From NCBI RefSeq assembly GCF_964355755.1, contig NC_092672.1, forward strand, positions 20,349,237-20,413,236: a DNA stretch of 64,000 bases, in the 5' to 3' direction. The number at the start of each line of letters is the position of its first letter. The first letter of the stretch is position 1. Below are positions 51,701-64,000 of the stretch, one piece after another. The position numbers and the translations under genes are program-made. Origin of the DNA: Antedon mediterranea. Lineage: Eukaryota > Animalia > Echinodermata. The notes under the pieces are model-generated. The model was given only the letters and a program-made list of their open reading frames with translations, was not told the DNA's origin and made no database searches.

Positions 51701-54700
51701 TTTTATTTTATTTATTTTTTTATTTTAATTATTGTACATCCAACAGTGTAAACACCAATTACAGAATTATATATATATATATAAGAACTATATAACAATT
51801 ATAATCATATTTAAACATTAATAAAATAATTTAAAATTTCAAATTATTTAAAATTATCTAACCAACTTATGATAGACTTATGGTAGACAACATACCAAAA
51901 TGCCATTGTAACATTGTTCAGAAATACAAAATGATTTAATATGTTGCAAATTTCAATTCTAACCCTTTCATGACAATGAAAAAAGATGTCCTTGTAGTAA
52001 CTTTTAGTATTATTTCCAATATGCTGTTTAACAAACAAAGTAGCACAAATTACAATGTTGGTTGAACTCTCAACTTTTAGAATTTAATTTTATTTAATTG
52101 TGATGTTTATTTGCCTTTTAGATTAATGATTTACTTGCTCGTTGTAAGATAACTGACAGAAAACTGTTTCTTGAGTACTTGCACGACATCGGTGAGATTC
52201 TGTTCTACCCAGATGACAAGATCCTCAAAGAAAAAATTGTTATAGATTTGATGGGAGTAGTCGACAAGTTTAAAACAATCATCACAGTTATTGATCCCAA
52301 GCTTCAGGTTAGTAATATTATGCACTATACTTTTGTGAATAATCTGACATAAACATTGTGATAATGTTTTTATGTGATGAATTTAGCTTCAAAATGTAAT
52401 GTCTACCACAAAGAGAACTTTTTGTCCTGGAGCCTAATATATCTACTGTCACCATAATGAAAGTTAATGAATTTTAAAATAGAATCAAATTTATTCAAAT
52501 TTACACCTTGTTTAATTTTACTACAGTATATTCTAATACTTAAAAGCAAATATGCTTGTGCATTACAGTAGAACCCCTATTAAAGAGGACATCACATAAT
52601 GTGAACCCAACAAAGTGTGATCCCTTTAATAGAGTTTAGTTGTAGAACCCCTATTAAAGAGGACATCACATAATGTGGACCCAACAAAGTGTGATCCATT
52701 TAATAGAGCTTAGTTGTAGAACCCCTATTAAAGAGGACACCACATAATGTGGACCCAACAAAGTGTGTCCCTTTAATAGAGGTTAGTCGTAGTTAATAAT
52801 AATAATAATAGCTTTATTGTTTCTCAAGAGATGTGCAACAACAAAAAATAAATAAATAAATCGTATAATTGTTTATTTCAGGAGAAGATATCAACAAATT
52901 AGTAATTCTTCGTACTATGGTTTCTGTTTTACAAACAAATCTTTCTTTCCACCAATCGCTAGAATACCTATTAGTTGCAATTGTGACATTTGACATAATC
53001 ACCAGCTGGTCTATCTTTGGTTTCTGTTTTACAATCTTTCTTTCCACCAATCGCTAGAATGCCTACTAGTTGCAATTGTGACATTTGACATAATCACCAC
53101 CTGGTCTATCTTGTTCTGCTTATTTTCTCATCCGTATCTTGAATCTGAACTGAACTTGATTGTATCTCTTTTATATCCGAGGCACAGTCTGAATGAGATG
53201 TGCAACAAGTATATAATAAACATTTTAAAAATTAGACAGAAAAAACAAATTACAAAATATTTACATGATAAACCGCTCAAAAAGTTGAGATCTTCAACTA
53301 TAAACCTTATATAGAAAAACGCAAATGGTTGAAGTAAACTGAAAAAGATTAAAAAATTAAGACAAATAGGCCATAAGCAGTAAATCGTATCGTTTCATCT
53401 CATTCCAGTGTTAGGGGTTTAGAATTTCTTAACATATTTACAATGTTAATTTTATATAATATTTTTTAACAACATATTTCTTCACAATTGTGTGTGTCAA
53501 TTTTGAGAAATTATTGATTGATTTTGGTACTCTATTTTGATATACATCGGGATGTATTGGCGTGAGCGATTTGGTCCCGCAAAGGAACGGAATGTTCAAA
53601 ATTATCCGCAACATCCAAAAATATGTACCACGTGATTGTATTTCACCTATCATAGTATGATTACAGATTAGGGAATCCCCATAACGCACGGAGTGCAGAA
53701 GTGTGTAAAAAATCAACGCATGTATTCTTCGCGAGTCGAGGAAGTTTGGTTTATTTTGCTACTTAAACAAACGTTGTAAACAGACATTTTTAGCGAAAGA
53801 AGATGATAATTATATGCTTGTTTGAAAATTGTTTCCTGCTCAACATGGTGTATGATTATGGTTTGGTAGAAATACAGTTTAGAGAAAATAAGAGGCCAAA
53901 CAAAAGATAGCTAGCCTAGCAAATGTCCTATCTAGGCTCTAGATTAGCTAAAGTGAAAGTAGGCTACTGACTTTCAATATACTTCCTAGATAGATTAGGA
54001 CTGAGAGGGGTAGAAACATACTACTCTAGGCTAATAATGCTGAATGTCTAATAACGATTGATTAATATTTGCAAGAAAACCATACAAAACAGGTGAGAAT
54101 AGGCCTATATAGATATAACTCTTCGTAATAGTGCTGAAAATGTTAAATATATTTCTAGGCCTAGGCTAGTAGTATTATTACTATCCTAGTCCTTGGTATT
54201 TAGGGCCTATATATGTGTACCACACTATTTTTCAATTCAATTTGAATCAGATTTTGTTATTTCACAGCAAAAAAAAGCTATACTTTTAGTATTAAAAAGT
54301 AGATGAACATATACGAAATATATTATACAATTCAGCCTATTTTTTTTCTTAGAAATTAATACTTAAATTATGTAATTAATGGATAATTTATTACAGTTGT
54401 TTTTAACCATTATTTTTTATGGTTTTACTGATTCGTACTTTACTGTCATTATTTTTACTTCTTTGGACAGTGTAAAACTGTGTATTGCTATATTTGGATA
54501 TGTTGTAGAATAGACGTCACTAAATCCAAAAAGTATTTGCCCCATTTTTAGGTTCCTCAAAACAAAAACTTAAATATAAATAATATAACACAATTAGAAA
54601 CTCCAAAAAAACAACAATTTAACTAATATCTTTTCTTTAACACGTAAGTTTAACATGTTTAAAACTAAAAAACAAGTAAAAAATATATAATATAAATATA

Positions 54701-57700
54701 AATTATTTAAGAAATATCCAAATATGTAAATAATAAAAGAATTTACAAAGAATCTTCAACAAACACCTAGGCCTATACTAAAACTAATACATGATAGAAA
54801 TAAAAGTATTAGGGTAAAACATAGACTGAAACACACGGTCAAACATTATAAGTAATCAAACAAATGTAAATGGCCAACATAGTAAGAACAGAACTTTAAG
54901 GTTTAGAAATAGTGGAATGAAACAAATGTTATACAAGGCCAAAACATAAAAAGTAGCATATTATAATGTGTTTACTTTTACTATAACTTGCAATAAACAT
55001 AAAATGTACGTTTTTAAAGCATACTTTTTTACTCCATCGATTTTATGTACATGTATAGATATAGTGCCTTTTTAACTTCTATATTGAATTTTATTGTTTT
55101 ATATTTTTACAAAAATGTATGTATGTTATGTAATATATATTTGTAAAAGAATGAATAAATGTGGGTGACCCCCACAAAAGAGAAAAAAAAAGAATATTCA
55201 ACCAATAATAGTTTAAATTGACGTTTAAATAAAGCACAGTTATGAGATTTTTAAAGAAATAAAGGGAGAGAATTCCAGAGTTTAGGTTCAGTGTATACAA
55301 GGGTGTTCATTTTAAGACTAGTTCGAGTAAGTGGCAGATGATACTGATCATTTTGTCTTGTTTGGTGAGCGTGGTATTGTTTATTTTGTGTGAACTTACT
55401 GGATATTATGGGTAGTGTTCAGGTTAATTGAAGCATGATGACACCAACATTAAATCTACAGAAGTCCTCAATTTTTAATATTTTATTTTTTCGAAAGAGA
55501 TCGTGGGTGTGAGCACGAAAAGTTGCCCCTGAGATAAATCGGACAGCTCGTTTCTGGATCTATATATAAATTTACGTAAGGGCAAAATTCGGTAAATCGC
55601 GCCTTAATTTTAGAATTTTTACTCGGTGGTATATAAAGTTGGTTCGTACTTTCGGTACTGATTTTAACCGCCTGATGTAACCCTGTTTACTAATTAAATT
55701 AAGTTAGATAATTAGTTATTGACGATTAAAACGAATTTAGGTTCAACAATTTGCCCCAAATAGGGGTGTTTTCCGATCGTGGTATACACTGTCTAATGGA
55801 TGTCCATCTTGAAAAATACCCGCCACAAATATGCGAGTAGGCTTCGCATTTTCCTATCTCCTCCTGCGATAATTGTTTTTAATAGCTGAAAACCGGTTGA
55901 ACAGCTCGAGTACAGTATCATAATGTTGAAGACAGGCCGATTTTCTTAAAAAAATACTATTTTGATAGATTTAATATACGTTTATGCAAATGTATTGATT
56001 TGAAATGAATGGAACATTCCAATCTCTGTTCCACAAGTGTCTATTCCCTCAGGCGTCGTAAAGGCAAGTACTGTATACTCATAATAGAAATTCGATCCAT
56101 TTTTTTTTTCAATCTGTGCTGCAGAGGTTGGATATAGATATTTTTTAACGGATAATGAGCTAGTGTTTTCAGTCGCCGTATATTATGTACAAATCTGTAT
56201 TATTGCAGTTAAACCACCCACGTGACATCATCACCCTTCCCTCACTAGCATGAGTAGCGTTGTAAAGCCAGTAGAGGATAGGCCTACGGTGCATCACATG
56301 CCCTAAACGCAGAACAAATTTGGTGGGTAGGGTTAGGAACCAACTTAAGTATGAATTGGCTCTAAGAAACAATTGAAACCCATTAGGCCTACTAATTAAG
56401 TTGAATTAGATAATTTAATATTTATTACTCGAATTTATGGTTTGCCACGAATAGGGGTGGTTTTCACAAATTGTTTTACATTATATAAACATATTATACA
56501 CGTCGTAGTGATGTATCGTTACATGTACTATACTATTTCAATCGACTAGGACGGTGATAGTTTCAACAAAGTATTACATCGCAATGTTTTACTGTGTTTA
56601 GTGGTATATTATTTGTAAAACATGAAAACAATTAATATTTCGTTACTACATGGATAAAGAATATATTTAAAAATCGTTCCTCTTTGCACCCATCCTCTTT
56701 CCCATCCCTCAACCCTAATGTTACATACAAAACACAAATTAAGTTTGTTTAAATTTGACTTAAACAATTGGTCTCATTTTGTGACAAGTTTCTCTTTCGG
56801 AAGTAATTCCCAGGGTGCTAATTTTAGTTCAGTACATAAATCACAGTGTCTATTTATTCGTTCCTGTAAATGACATGTATTATTGTCCTGCGGTACGTAC
56901 ATTTGAAATCGCCAGTTTTTTAACGCTGAAATTATTATGTATTCGAGAACCATTTGTGGGCACGACCTAGATGGTACGCGAGCGAAGCGAGCGTACCAAC
57001 TACCATCTAGTTAATAAAATTTTAGTAATAATTAATTTTGAAGCATTTCCCCAAGCAAGAACACCATAATTTAAGTATGATAAAATAAGAGTAGAATATA
57101 AAGTATTTAATACTTTTTGAGGAAATATTGATTTCAATTTATCATAGCAACATTTTTTGATAATAAATTGCAAAGGTAAATAACATGAACTTTCCAGTCA
57201 AGTCTGTCGTCAATAAATATACCAAGAAATTTTGTGTTGGTTATTTGATTAATAGGAACATTATTGAAAATAATTTCTTTTGGTAACATACTATATCATT
57301 ACTAAACAACATAACACATTGGTTTTGAGCATATTTAGTGATAGCATGTTTGTAAGTTTATGACATTAAAAGATGTTATTGAAATAGAAATTCAATCATA
57401 AAAGTACCAATAAATGTTCAATTAATATTTCACATCATTTTTGTAACTGAACAAGCCAAAATGGCTACCATTATGCCCAAAATGGCTGCCATTTTATCCA
57501 ATATGACCACCCTTTTATCTAAAATGGCCACATATATCAATCAATTATATAGGAAGCTATGTTCTAAGATATCACTCTTTAAAAATTTTGTAAAAAAATC
57601 ACACTTTTTGCAGCTTCCTCAATAAAAACCTATTTAAGATTACAATACTAAATTTCATATGCTGTTTACCAACCATCTCAAGAAGTCATACAGAAAATAT

Positions 57701-60700
57701 AAACATGGTATGTGAAGTATTTATGACAAGATGTGAGTGAAGCGAACGTCCAATCTAGGGGTCCCCACAGATGGTTCTCGAATACAATAAAACCCACCGG
57801 GAGTATTCGGAAATAAAGACAAAATAACGAATACTGGACAATTAATTGATGTGGATTCAAGAAATTGAGGAGAAATGAAAATTGGGATTGGGCGGCACGG
57901 GGTGGTGGTGATGGAACCGCAGTAATAAAGTTGATTGTATTTATACAGTATAAAAACCACACTAAATAAATACAGTAAGATATTTGGCGATCGGAAATGG
58001 TAGCTCTTATTTAGTAACAAATTAAACTGTAGTGTACCTCTTATTAAGCTAGGGATTATCAGACAGTTTGCTAAATATTTAGGGCTAATCATCGATTGTG
58101 GTGTTAAAATTCCTGGAAACATTTGTGTGAAAAAAATGGGATCGAATTCCTGTCATGGGTACTGATTTGTTGGGCCGTGATTTATGACACCTATCTATCT
58201 AGACTTATTGTTTTCGAATAAATGTACGTACCTATCAGATAAACTTGTCTTGTGTCGTATAACAAATAAGTAATAGTTACTGAAGTTAGTATTACAATGT
58301 CGTCAAGCTGTTTACAGGAGTAATTAAAAACCAAATTGTAGTTGGAGAAAAGAAACTAAGAAGCATGTTTATGTTATGTTATGTGCCGTTATGTTTTCAC
58401 CATTGACAGCCATTGGAGTGGAGCTGTATCATAGAGGTTGGTGTTTGCCTTCCAATCCCAAGGTCCGGGGTTCAATCCTGATTTAGTGCCATATGGTTAT
58501 AACTCACACTCTTTCAACTGCACTTCCTAAGCCTCAAATGAGACTTAGTTTAACTGCATGATGCCTATTATCTCTACGATAATCATTTGATTTCAGAACT
58601 TGATGTTGTATGAGTAGGCCTAATAAAGTTTATTTTGTATTCTTGTTTATGTAACCATGTACACATCAGTAGGCCTAATTAAATATCTGGTTGGATCGTT
58701 ACCGAAAACGTGAACTATAGCCGCAAAAAAAAAATGACCTAGTTTAATTCTTATAAGCTATACACTGCCAGTTTGATTAATCTTTATTTATCGGTCGTGG
58801 ATCTAAATTTGTTTTAATTGTCAATAACTAATTATCTAACTCAATTTAATTAATAAACAGGGTTACATCAGGTGGTTAATATCAGTACCGAAAGTACGAA
58901 CCAACTTTATATACCATCGAGTAAAAATTCTAGAAGTAACATGGATTTACCAAATTTTGCCCTCACATACAGAATACGCAGATTTTAAATTTGAATATGT
59001 GTTTACAATCCACTTGACTACCCAAGTAAATATAATAACACTTGGTCAAGTATTAATTTGTAAAGTTATTACTACGTAAAAATTGGTGGAGACCTAAAAA
59101 AAAGGCTATAATTGCAGAGCTATTGCTCAAAATTGACTGGATATTTTGTGGAGAACTTTTGATATAGAGTGGATAACATATTTATTTAACAATATCAACT
59201 TTCAAAATGTAGACCCTGAACGAAATTCATTTTCTAGGCCTTTTTTCAGCTACTGCTTATGGCCTAAAAATTAAGTTTGAGAAGGAATTGCATTATATAT
59301 CTAGCATTCGTGTGTTCTGCCATTGTCAGAAATATTTTAAAATGTTTTTCAAAAATGTTACTTGCTAATTTATATTTATCATGGGTTAATTGAATTGGTG
59401 TAAATTTCAATTCATTATGGATTTTAAGATCATCAAGGAATAAGTGGTATTTATATCTAGAGAGCTAGTAGAAAACAATTCCCAGAACATGGATAGATTA
59501 TTATTGTTTAGTTCATTTTTAAGGTTCATGAGTATTGGTTGTCTTAAATGCATGAGTTATTTTGCATTGAAATACGAAATAATATACAGTTTCCTTTTCA
59601 TTACAATTACACATTAAACATATACCTGTATTTTTAGGTGACCATGCTTCTTTTCTACCTTCAAGTGGTAGTGAATTTGAGCTGAATTTTAGGCTTGAAG
59701 CATGGTAATACACTTATCGAATAGATATTTTTCTAATTTTGGAGAGGTTTTAGTGACCAGAAGAATAGTAATTACTTTGTTGCATTGACAAATTACACTT
59801 TTGTGCTTTTCTTTTTTTTAGCCATCTCTGAAACAGCTTTGGAGAAATTTAAACGAGGGTAAACTAGATGAAAAACTTTTGCGGCATATTTGGAAGGATG
59901 AGTCAGATGAGATGATTATCTTCTTTGTGTCTCTCATGCAAACCTTTGGGTTAATGTGTGAAAAAAGGAGTAAAGAGGTATTTACATTTTATTTTAAATA
60001 TTTAATTCAATTATTTTTTAATATATTCCATCTACTACTCATGTTCTATTTTTTTTTCTATAGAATTTTGGACGAACGTTCTATGTTCTTTCACGCCTAA
60101 AGCCCCTACGTGATGATACAGAGGCTGTTGAATATAAAGAGAAATGTGCTGTTTCTCTCTTTCATGACTTTGATGGCTACCTTCCAGATGATCTCTTTCA
60201 ACGTGTTGCGACTAAATTTATCGTGGAATTTCAAATGGAAGATATTGAGCCTAGATTATCTTATGAGCATGTAGAACTGAACATTGATGGCCATCATCTT
60301 GTCATTCTAAGTGTAGCTACCATCAACAATTGCCGTTGGTTCCAGGTAAACTTGATAATGCAATCATGCCTTGAATGCCAGTAAAATCACAAGTATTATA
60401 TTGGGCGATTGTTCTTACGTTGTTTATTATATCTTTATTAAACCATTTCTTTGTTTTTGTTGGTCACCACTTCTGGATATAACAGATATTAAAATATACA
60501 CTGTCAGTAACTTTAAATTTACTTGGTTTATTGCCATTTCTGGAATGATATCAGTAGTAATCACTTTGGAATTGATTTGTTTTTTATATTGCAGACAACA
60601 ATTGTCAGAACGACAATCATGAAAACAGAATCAGGAATCAGCTCTCATAAAGATGATGATCCACAACCTAGCATCTGTAAGAAGGTAAGCTATAAGTACC

Positions 60701-63079
60701 AAATAAATTAAAATACTTTATGCTACATTTAATTAGCACAAACTTTGAATTTCATTAGGGTGTTGATTTTACAATGTTATCTATGCCTATTATAATTTAC
60801 TTGCTTGATGATATTTGTCGGTGTAAATTTATAAGCTTCATGAATCTGGGTTGTTTTTGAATGATTATGAATGTCTGTGTAAATATGTAATATAGGCTTC
60901 TTTATTCTTGAAAGGGCGTGTGGCGCAGTGTGTTGGAGGTTGGACTATTGATTGTGAGATCCTTGGTTCAAATCCCTACACTCAGGTGTACAAATGAGTA
61001 CCTACAGTAGTAAGCTGCATTATGGGAGTATGTTTCCATAAGTGTTTGATCCAATAATACAGTGCTTTTAGGTGTTTTATAAATCCAAGATATAATTATT
61101 ATTATTTTTCTCTTTAAATCTAGTAAAGTCATTTTATTGAGATTATTTTTTTATATCCTCGATCCAGGTAATCAATGAGGGCTGCACAGTATTACTTATT
61201 TTATTCACAATAATAGTTACTACATATTCTTTAACAATATTTATTATTTTTATTTTTTCTAGGTCCTTAATTTCCTTGAAAAAGAATTGCAAGTTTTAAG
61301 TCAGAATGGTGCACGTGGTGTTGAAGTAAAGATGTACATCCGTTGTGCATGTTCAAATAGTGAACGTACTCATATGCAGGTTGTTCGCAAATTTGACCAA
61401 GATGTGTTGCCATGTAGAAGCAAAGCAATGGACGTGAAACGTTACCGTAAACTGTTTGGAGAAATAAAAGATGAACAAGGTATATGCCTAATAATCCATA
61501 ATACATATGACATAAAACAAAACATGCAAACATTTTTATTTTTGTTCTTTAACTAATGATACTTGTGACATACAATTTCACAAACTTAAATTTTCAGTTG
61601 ATGCACTTTAACCTTTATCTGTAGTTACATACAGAGGCACTAACGTGTGGAACGCACTACCCAATGGCATTAAAATGTTAACCTGTATTGGTATGTTTAA
61701 CATTAAAATGTTAACCTGTATTGGTATGTTTAACATTAAAATGTTAACCAGTATTGGTATGTTCAAACATAAAATTCATGATATGTTTTTTACCAGTTAT
61801 CTTTATTTTTAAGCTACTGGTTAATTCATTTTCTCTCGGCATTTGATTTGTTATTATCACTGCATCATTTATATTGTTAGTATTTTTATCGTTACAATTA
61901 ATATGGTACATTATACAGTTTTTATTTATTTAATTATTTATTTATTTCAAATGTTTTCGTTTTAAGGGGCTTTGCGTCTAAAGCATTAGCTTACAGCTTA
62001 ACCCCATTACACAACTTCAATTAATTTTGTATGTACTTTGTATTAATCTGAGATTGTGAATAAAGTTATATATATTATATATATGTTTTATAAAGAGAAA
62101 AAAACACATCAGAAAATGTTTATAATGCGAGTGGCAGCAATGGCAAATCTTCTTTATCAAAAGTTCAAAGAACTGCTGGTAAGATGTTTTATGAATATAA
62201 AGTATGTAATTGTCTTTGTTGGTTAGCATAACAAACTTCATTCTTATTTTTGCTTTTCAGAGGAAGCCAATGAAGCCAACAAAGTAGATAGCATTGGTAA
62301 ACAACATTATTTTGTTTTATTTAAGAAAGATATTTCTATTATAAAAACTATGCACACAATTTATTTTATTTGCAATTACACACGCCTCAGTGTCTTTGTC
62401 TTTTTATTGTTTAATACTTAAACAGTCCCATTCAGTATTATTTCTATGGAAAAGTGATATTATAGTCATTTTAAATGATTATGATTTTAACAACAATTAT
62501 GCTAATTATACTGAATTTATATCATTTATATTGGAAACTTGTTTTTTTTTTAACCGTATAGATTTGTCAGAGGATAATTTCAAACAGTTGATTGCTGACT
62601 TTGCAAAATGGTTTGATGATCGTGGTCTCCTTAAAAGGCTACAAGTTCTATTCATAGAAATAGTAGATGACATCGAAGAGGTGAAAAGGGTTACCAGTAC
62701 AATCGAACTGTTAGCTCTTTTAACTGCAAATGGACAATTGAGTCAAACAAATCTTTCTGTCCTGTATGATGCCATAAAAGTAACAGAACAATTTGGCTTT
62801 CAGTCAGTAATTAATGAAAAGCTACCTGCTTTCAAAAATATCAAGAAGCGTAAGGTAGCATCATTTTCACTACGCACAAGAGAGATTTTTAATCTTGGAA
62901 AACGTCTTAGTGATTCAGAGGTAAAAACTCTTGATGCACGAAACAACTTCCCTGTCCTTAAGAAGTATACAGACAGCTGGAGTTTGATTTTGGACTTTGA
63001 AACCCGTGGGTTGCTGAATGAGGACAAAATAGAAGAGGTTAAGAAGGTGTTAAAAAGATCAAATAGAGGTGACGTTTAA
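36651..63079 (+). CDS. ROCO-family protein: ankyrin repeats, death domain, Roc GTPase, COR and tandem DED-like domains (>=20 exons, >=1088 aa; start codon not located)
   Basis: GT-AG exons 36651-36749, 37645-37761, 43887-43980, 44428-44463, 44867-45124, 45615-45780, 46284-46387, 47091-47210, 47590-47703, 48182-48357, 49065-49154, 50490-50648, 51085-51333, 52122-52307, 59822-59977, 60064-60345, 60595-60684, 61263-61479, 62261-62296 and 62562-63079. They total 3267 nt with consistent phases. Motifs GLENVGKTS, DFGGQ, IGTH, TIENS, FPIKWL, LEYLHDIGEILFY. Confidence 0.88.
37936..37987 (-). ncRNA. Minimal type I hammerhead ribozyme (Penelope-associated type)
   Basis: Minus strand: UUCUC-CUGAGGA-C-GAUCAA-agcaua-UUGAUC-GAAAC-GUC-GAGAA. 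It has the CUGANGA/GAAA core, stem I, stem II, a minimal palindromic stem III and a GUC cleavage triplet. Confidence 0.85.
39832..40947 (-). mobile_element. Non-autonomous canonical Helitron (5'-TC...CTAG-3', A|T target)
   Basis: Minus strand starts A|TCTATATATAAA and ends with hairpin CTAGAGGG...GAGCGAAGCGAGC...CCCTCTAG|T. Confidence 0.8.
41386..42681 (-). mobile_element. Non-autonomous canonical Helitron
   Basis: A|TCTATATATAAATTTACGTAAGGGC ... CTAGATGGTACGCGAGCGAAGCGAGCGTGCCATCTAG|T; homologous to 55559-57010. Confidence 0.85.
44867..45124 (+). CDS. ROCO gene exon: death domain
   Basis: NKWKLIAANLGMTQEQINSF...MLDEWQ...LVAALRKAGENDVADKIE; phase 1-1 exon. Confidence 0.85.
45615..45780 (+). 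CDS. ROCO gene exon: Roc P-loop
   Basis: VPEEILARGPDAVKAFQNALEEG...IFVGLENVGKTSTINSLL. Confidence 0.88.
49249..50390. repeat. 57-bp intronic minisatellite, ~20 copies
   Basis: Unit atagcagatgcctgatatatgattgttgttatttccacttccatgatagtgttgtta. Confidence 0.95.
52564..52785. repeat. Three ~75-bp palindromic tandem units; likely the end of a Tc1/pogo-type MITE
   Basis: TA|CAGTAGAACCCCTATTAAAGAGGAC...GTGTCCCTTTAATAGAGGTT repeated at ~52568, 52643 and 52717. Confidence 0.65.
55090..57400 (-). mobile_element. CR1/L2-group LINE 3' fragment, split by a Helitron
   Basis: Minus-strand TKFLGIFIDDRLDWK (~57190-57235). KILL|IQKRAVRFISGATFRAHTHDLFRKNKILKIED rejoins across 55558/57011. Confidence 0.75.
55559..57010 (+). 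mobile_element. Non-autonomous canonical Helitron inserted at A|T in the LINE
   Basis: GGA|TCTATATATAAATTTACG ... CGAGCGAAGCGAGCGTACC..CCATCTAG|TT, with no TSD. Confidence 0.88.
57725..58975 (-). mobile_element. Older, end-degraded Helitron of the same group
   Basis: 'ccacagatggttctcgaatac' at ~57763, and 58810-58962 match the terminal modules of 41386-42681. Confidence 0.6.
60914..61010 (+). mobile_element. tRNA-derived SINE head
   Basis: A-box-like TGGCGCAGTG and B-box GGTTCAAATCC, with no proper cloverleaf. A similar, weaker head lies at ~58420-58490. Confidence 0.55.
61590..62065 (+). mobile_element. LINE 3' fragment with an internal 33-bp triplication
   Basis: YRGTNVWNALPNGIK...; cattaaaatgttaacctgtattggtatgtttaa repeated three times (61668-61766). 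Confidence 0.55.
62562..63079 (+). CDS. ROCO gene last coding exon: tandem DED-like death-fold domains
   Basis: FKQLIADFAKWF...IELLALLTANGQLSQTNLSVL and REIFNLGKRLSDSEVKTL...LILDFETRGLLNEDKI resemble two DED helical repeats; stop TAA at 63077-63079. Confidence 0.7.
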
Positions 63080-63137
63080 ATTTCACCATTGGTGCAAATG
63101 ATATATAAACAATGAACTGTAATAATACAAACAATAA

Positions 63138-63750
63138 TGAAACTATTAGGGAATACTTTACATACCTGTCATAAAACAGCTTATGAGCTTTGATGAAACT
63201 ATTAGGGAATACTTTACATACCTGTCATAATACAGCTTATGAGCTTTGATGAAACTATTGGGGAATACTTTACATACCTGTCATTATACAGCTTATGAGG
63301 TTTGATGAAACTATTAGGGAATACTTTACATACCTGTCATAATACAGCTTATGAGCTTAGATGAAACTATTAGGGAATACTTTACATACCTGTCATAATA
63401 CAGCTTATGAGCTTTGATGAAACTATTAGGGAATACTTTACATACCTGTCATAATACAGCTTATGAGCTTTGATGAAACTATTAGGGAATACTTTACATA
63501 CCTGTCATAATACAGCTTATGAGCTTTGATGAAACTATTGGGGAATACTTTACATACCTGTCATAATACAGCTTGTGATTTTGATGAAACTATTAGGGAA
63601 TACTTTACATACCTGTCATAATACAGCTTATGAGCTTTGATGAAACTATTGAGGAATACTTTACATACCTGTCCTAATACAGCTTGTGAGCTTTGATGAA
63701 ACTATTAGGGAATACTTTACATACCTGTCATAATACAGCTTATAAGCTTT
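63138..63750. repeat. 56-bp minisatellite, ~11 copies, starting ~60 bp after the ROCO stop codon
   Basis: Unit tgaaactattagggaatactttacatacctgtcataatacagcttatgagctttga. Confidence 0.95.
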
Positions 63751-64000
63751 AAAGCCACTCATTTAATGAATGGTTTTTCCCATCAAAGTTATCTGTCCAA
63801 TTATAAAATAAATATCATGACAAAAAGCATAATAATAATAGCAAGCTACGTAATACATTATACATGTAGAAATCAGAAATCATAATTAATAATAATAATT
63901 TTGAAAGTTATGAACATACATACAACTACTTTATTTTACACTACTGTAGTTCATATCTTTCAAAATTATCATGTTTATTATAGTATTAGTACTGTTAGGT

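Noticed and set aside
58420-61010. tRNA genes at ~58420 and ~60914
   Set aside because: Only A/B-box-like motifs; no acceptor stem or cloverleaf, so treated as SINE heads.

Overview
AT-rich animal genomic DNA with spliceosomal introns, probably from a marine invertebrate (echinoderm-like; inference only). The left half is a Helentron/Helitron2-type rolling-circle transposon cluster. Bases 1-5410 are a nested stack of ~1.2-1.6 kb non-autonomous elements. A large, autonomous-type element (>=22 kb) runs from 5411 to a hairpin+CTAG terminus at 27660. Its minus-strand ORF (18047-8551, ~3,165 aa after repairing three 1-nt frameshifts) reads TM helix - PHD finger - herpesvirus-tegument-type deubiquitinase - OTU deubiquitinase - 18-aa basic repeats - Cys-rich region - HUH Rep - PIF1-like helicase - APE endonuclease. 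Upstream of this ORF is an internal tandem array whose ~16 units each look like a 32-nt non-coding micro-exon plus intron. The element abuts a 157-bp satellite. The right half holds a plus-strand gene of at least 20 exons encoding ankyrin repeats, a death domain, Roc-COR and C-terminal DED-like domains. Its introns carry Penelope-like relics (one with a hammerhead ribozyme), canonical TC...CTAG Helitrons, LINE and SINE fragments, MITEs and minisatellites. All calls were made by eye; no database searches were run.
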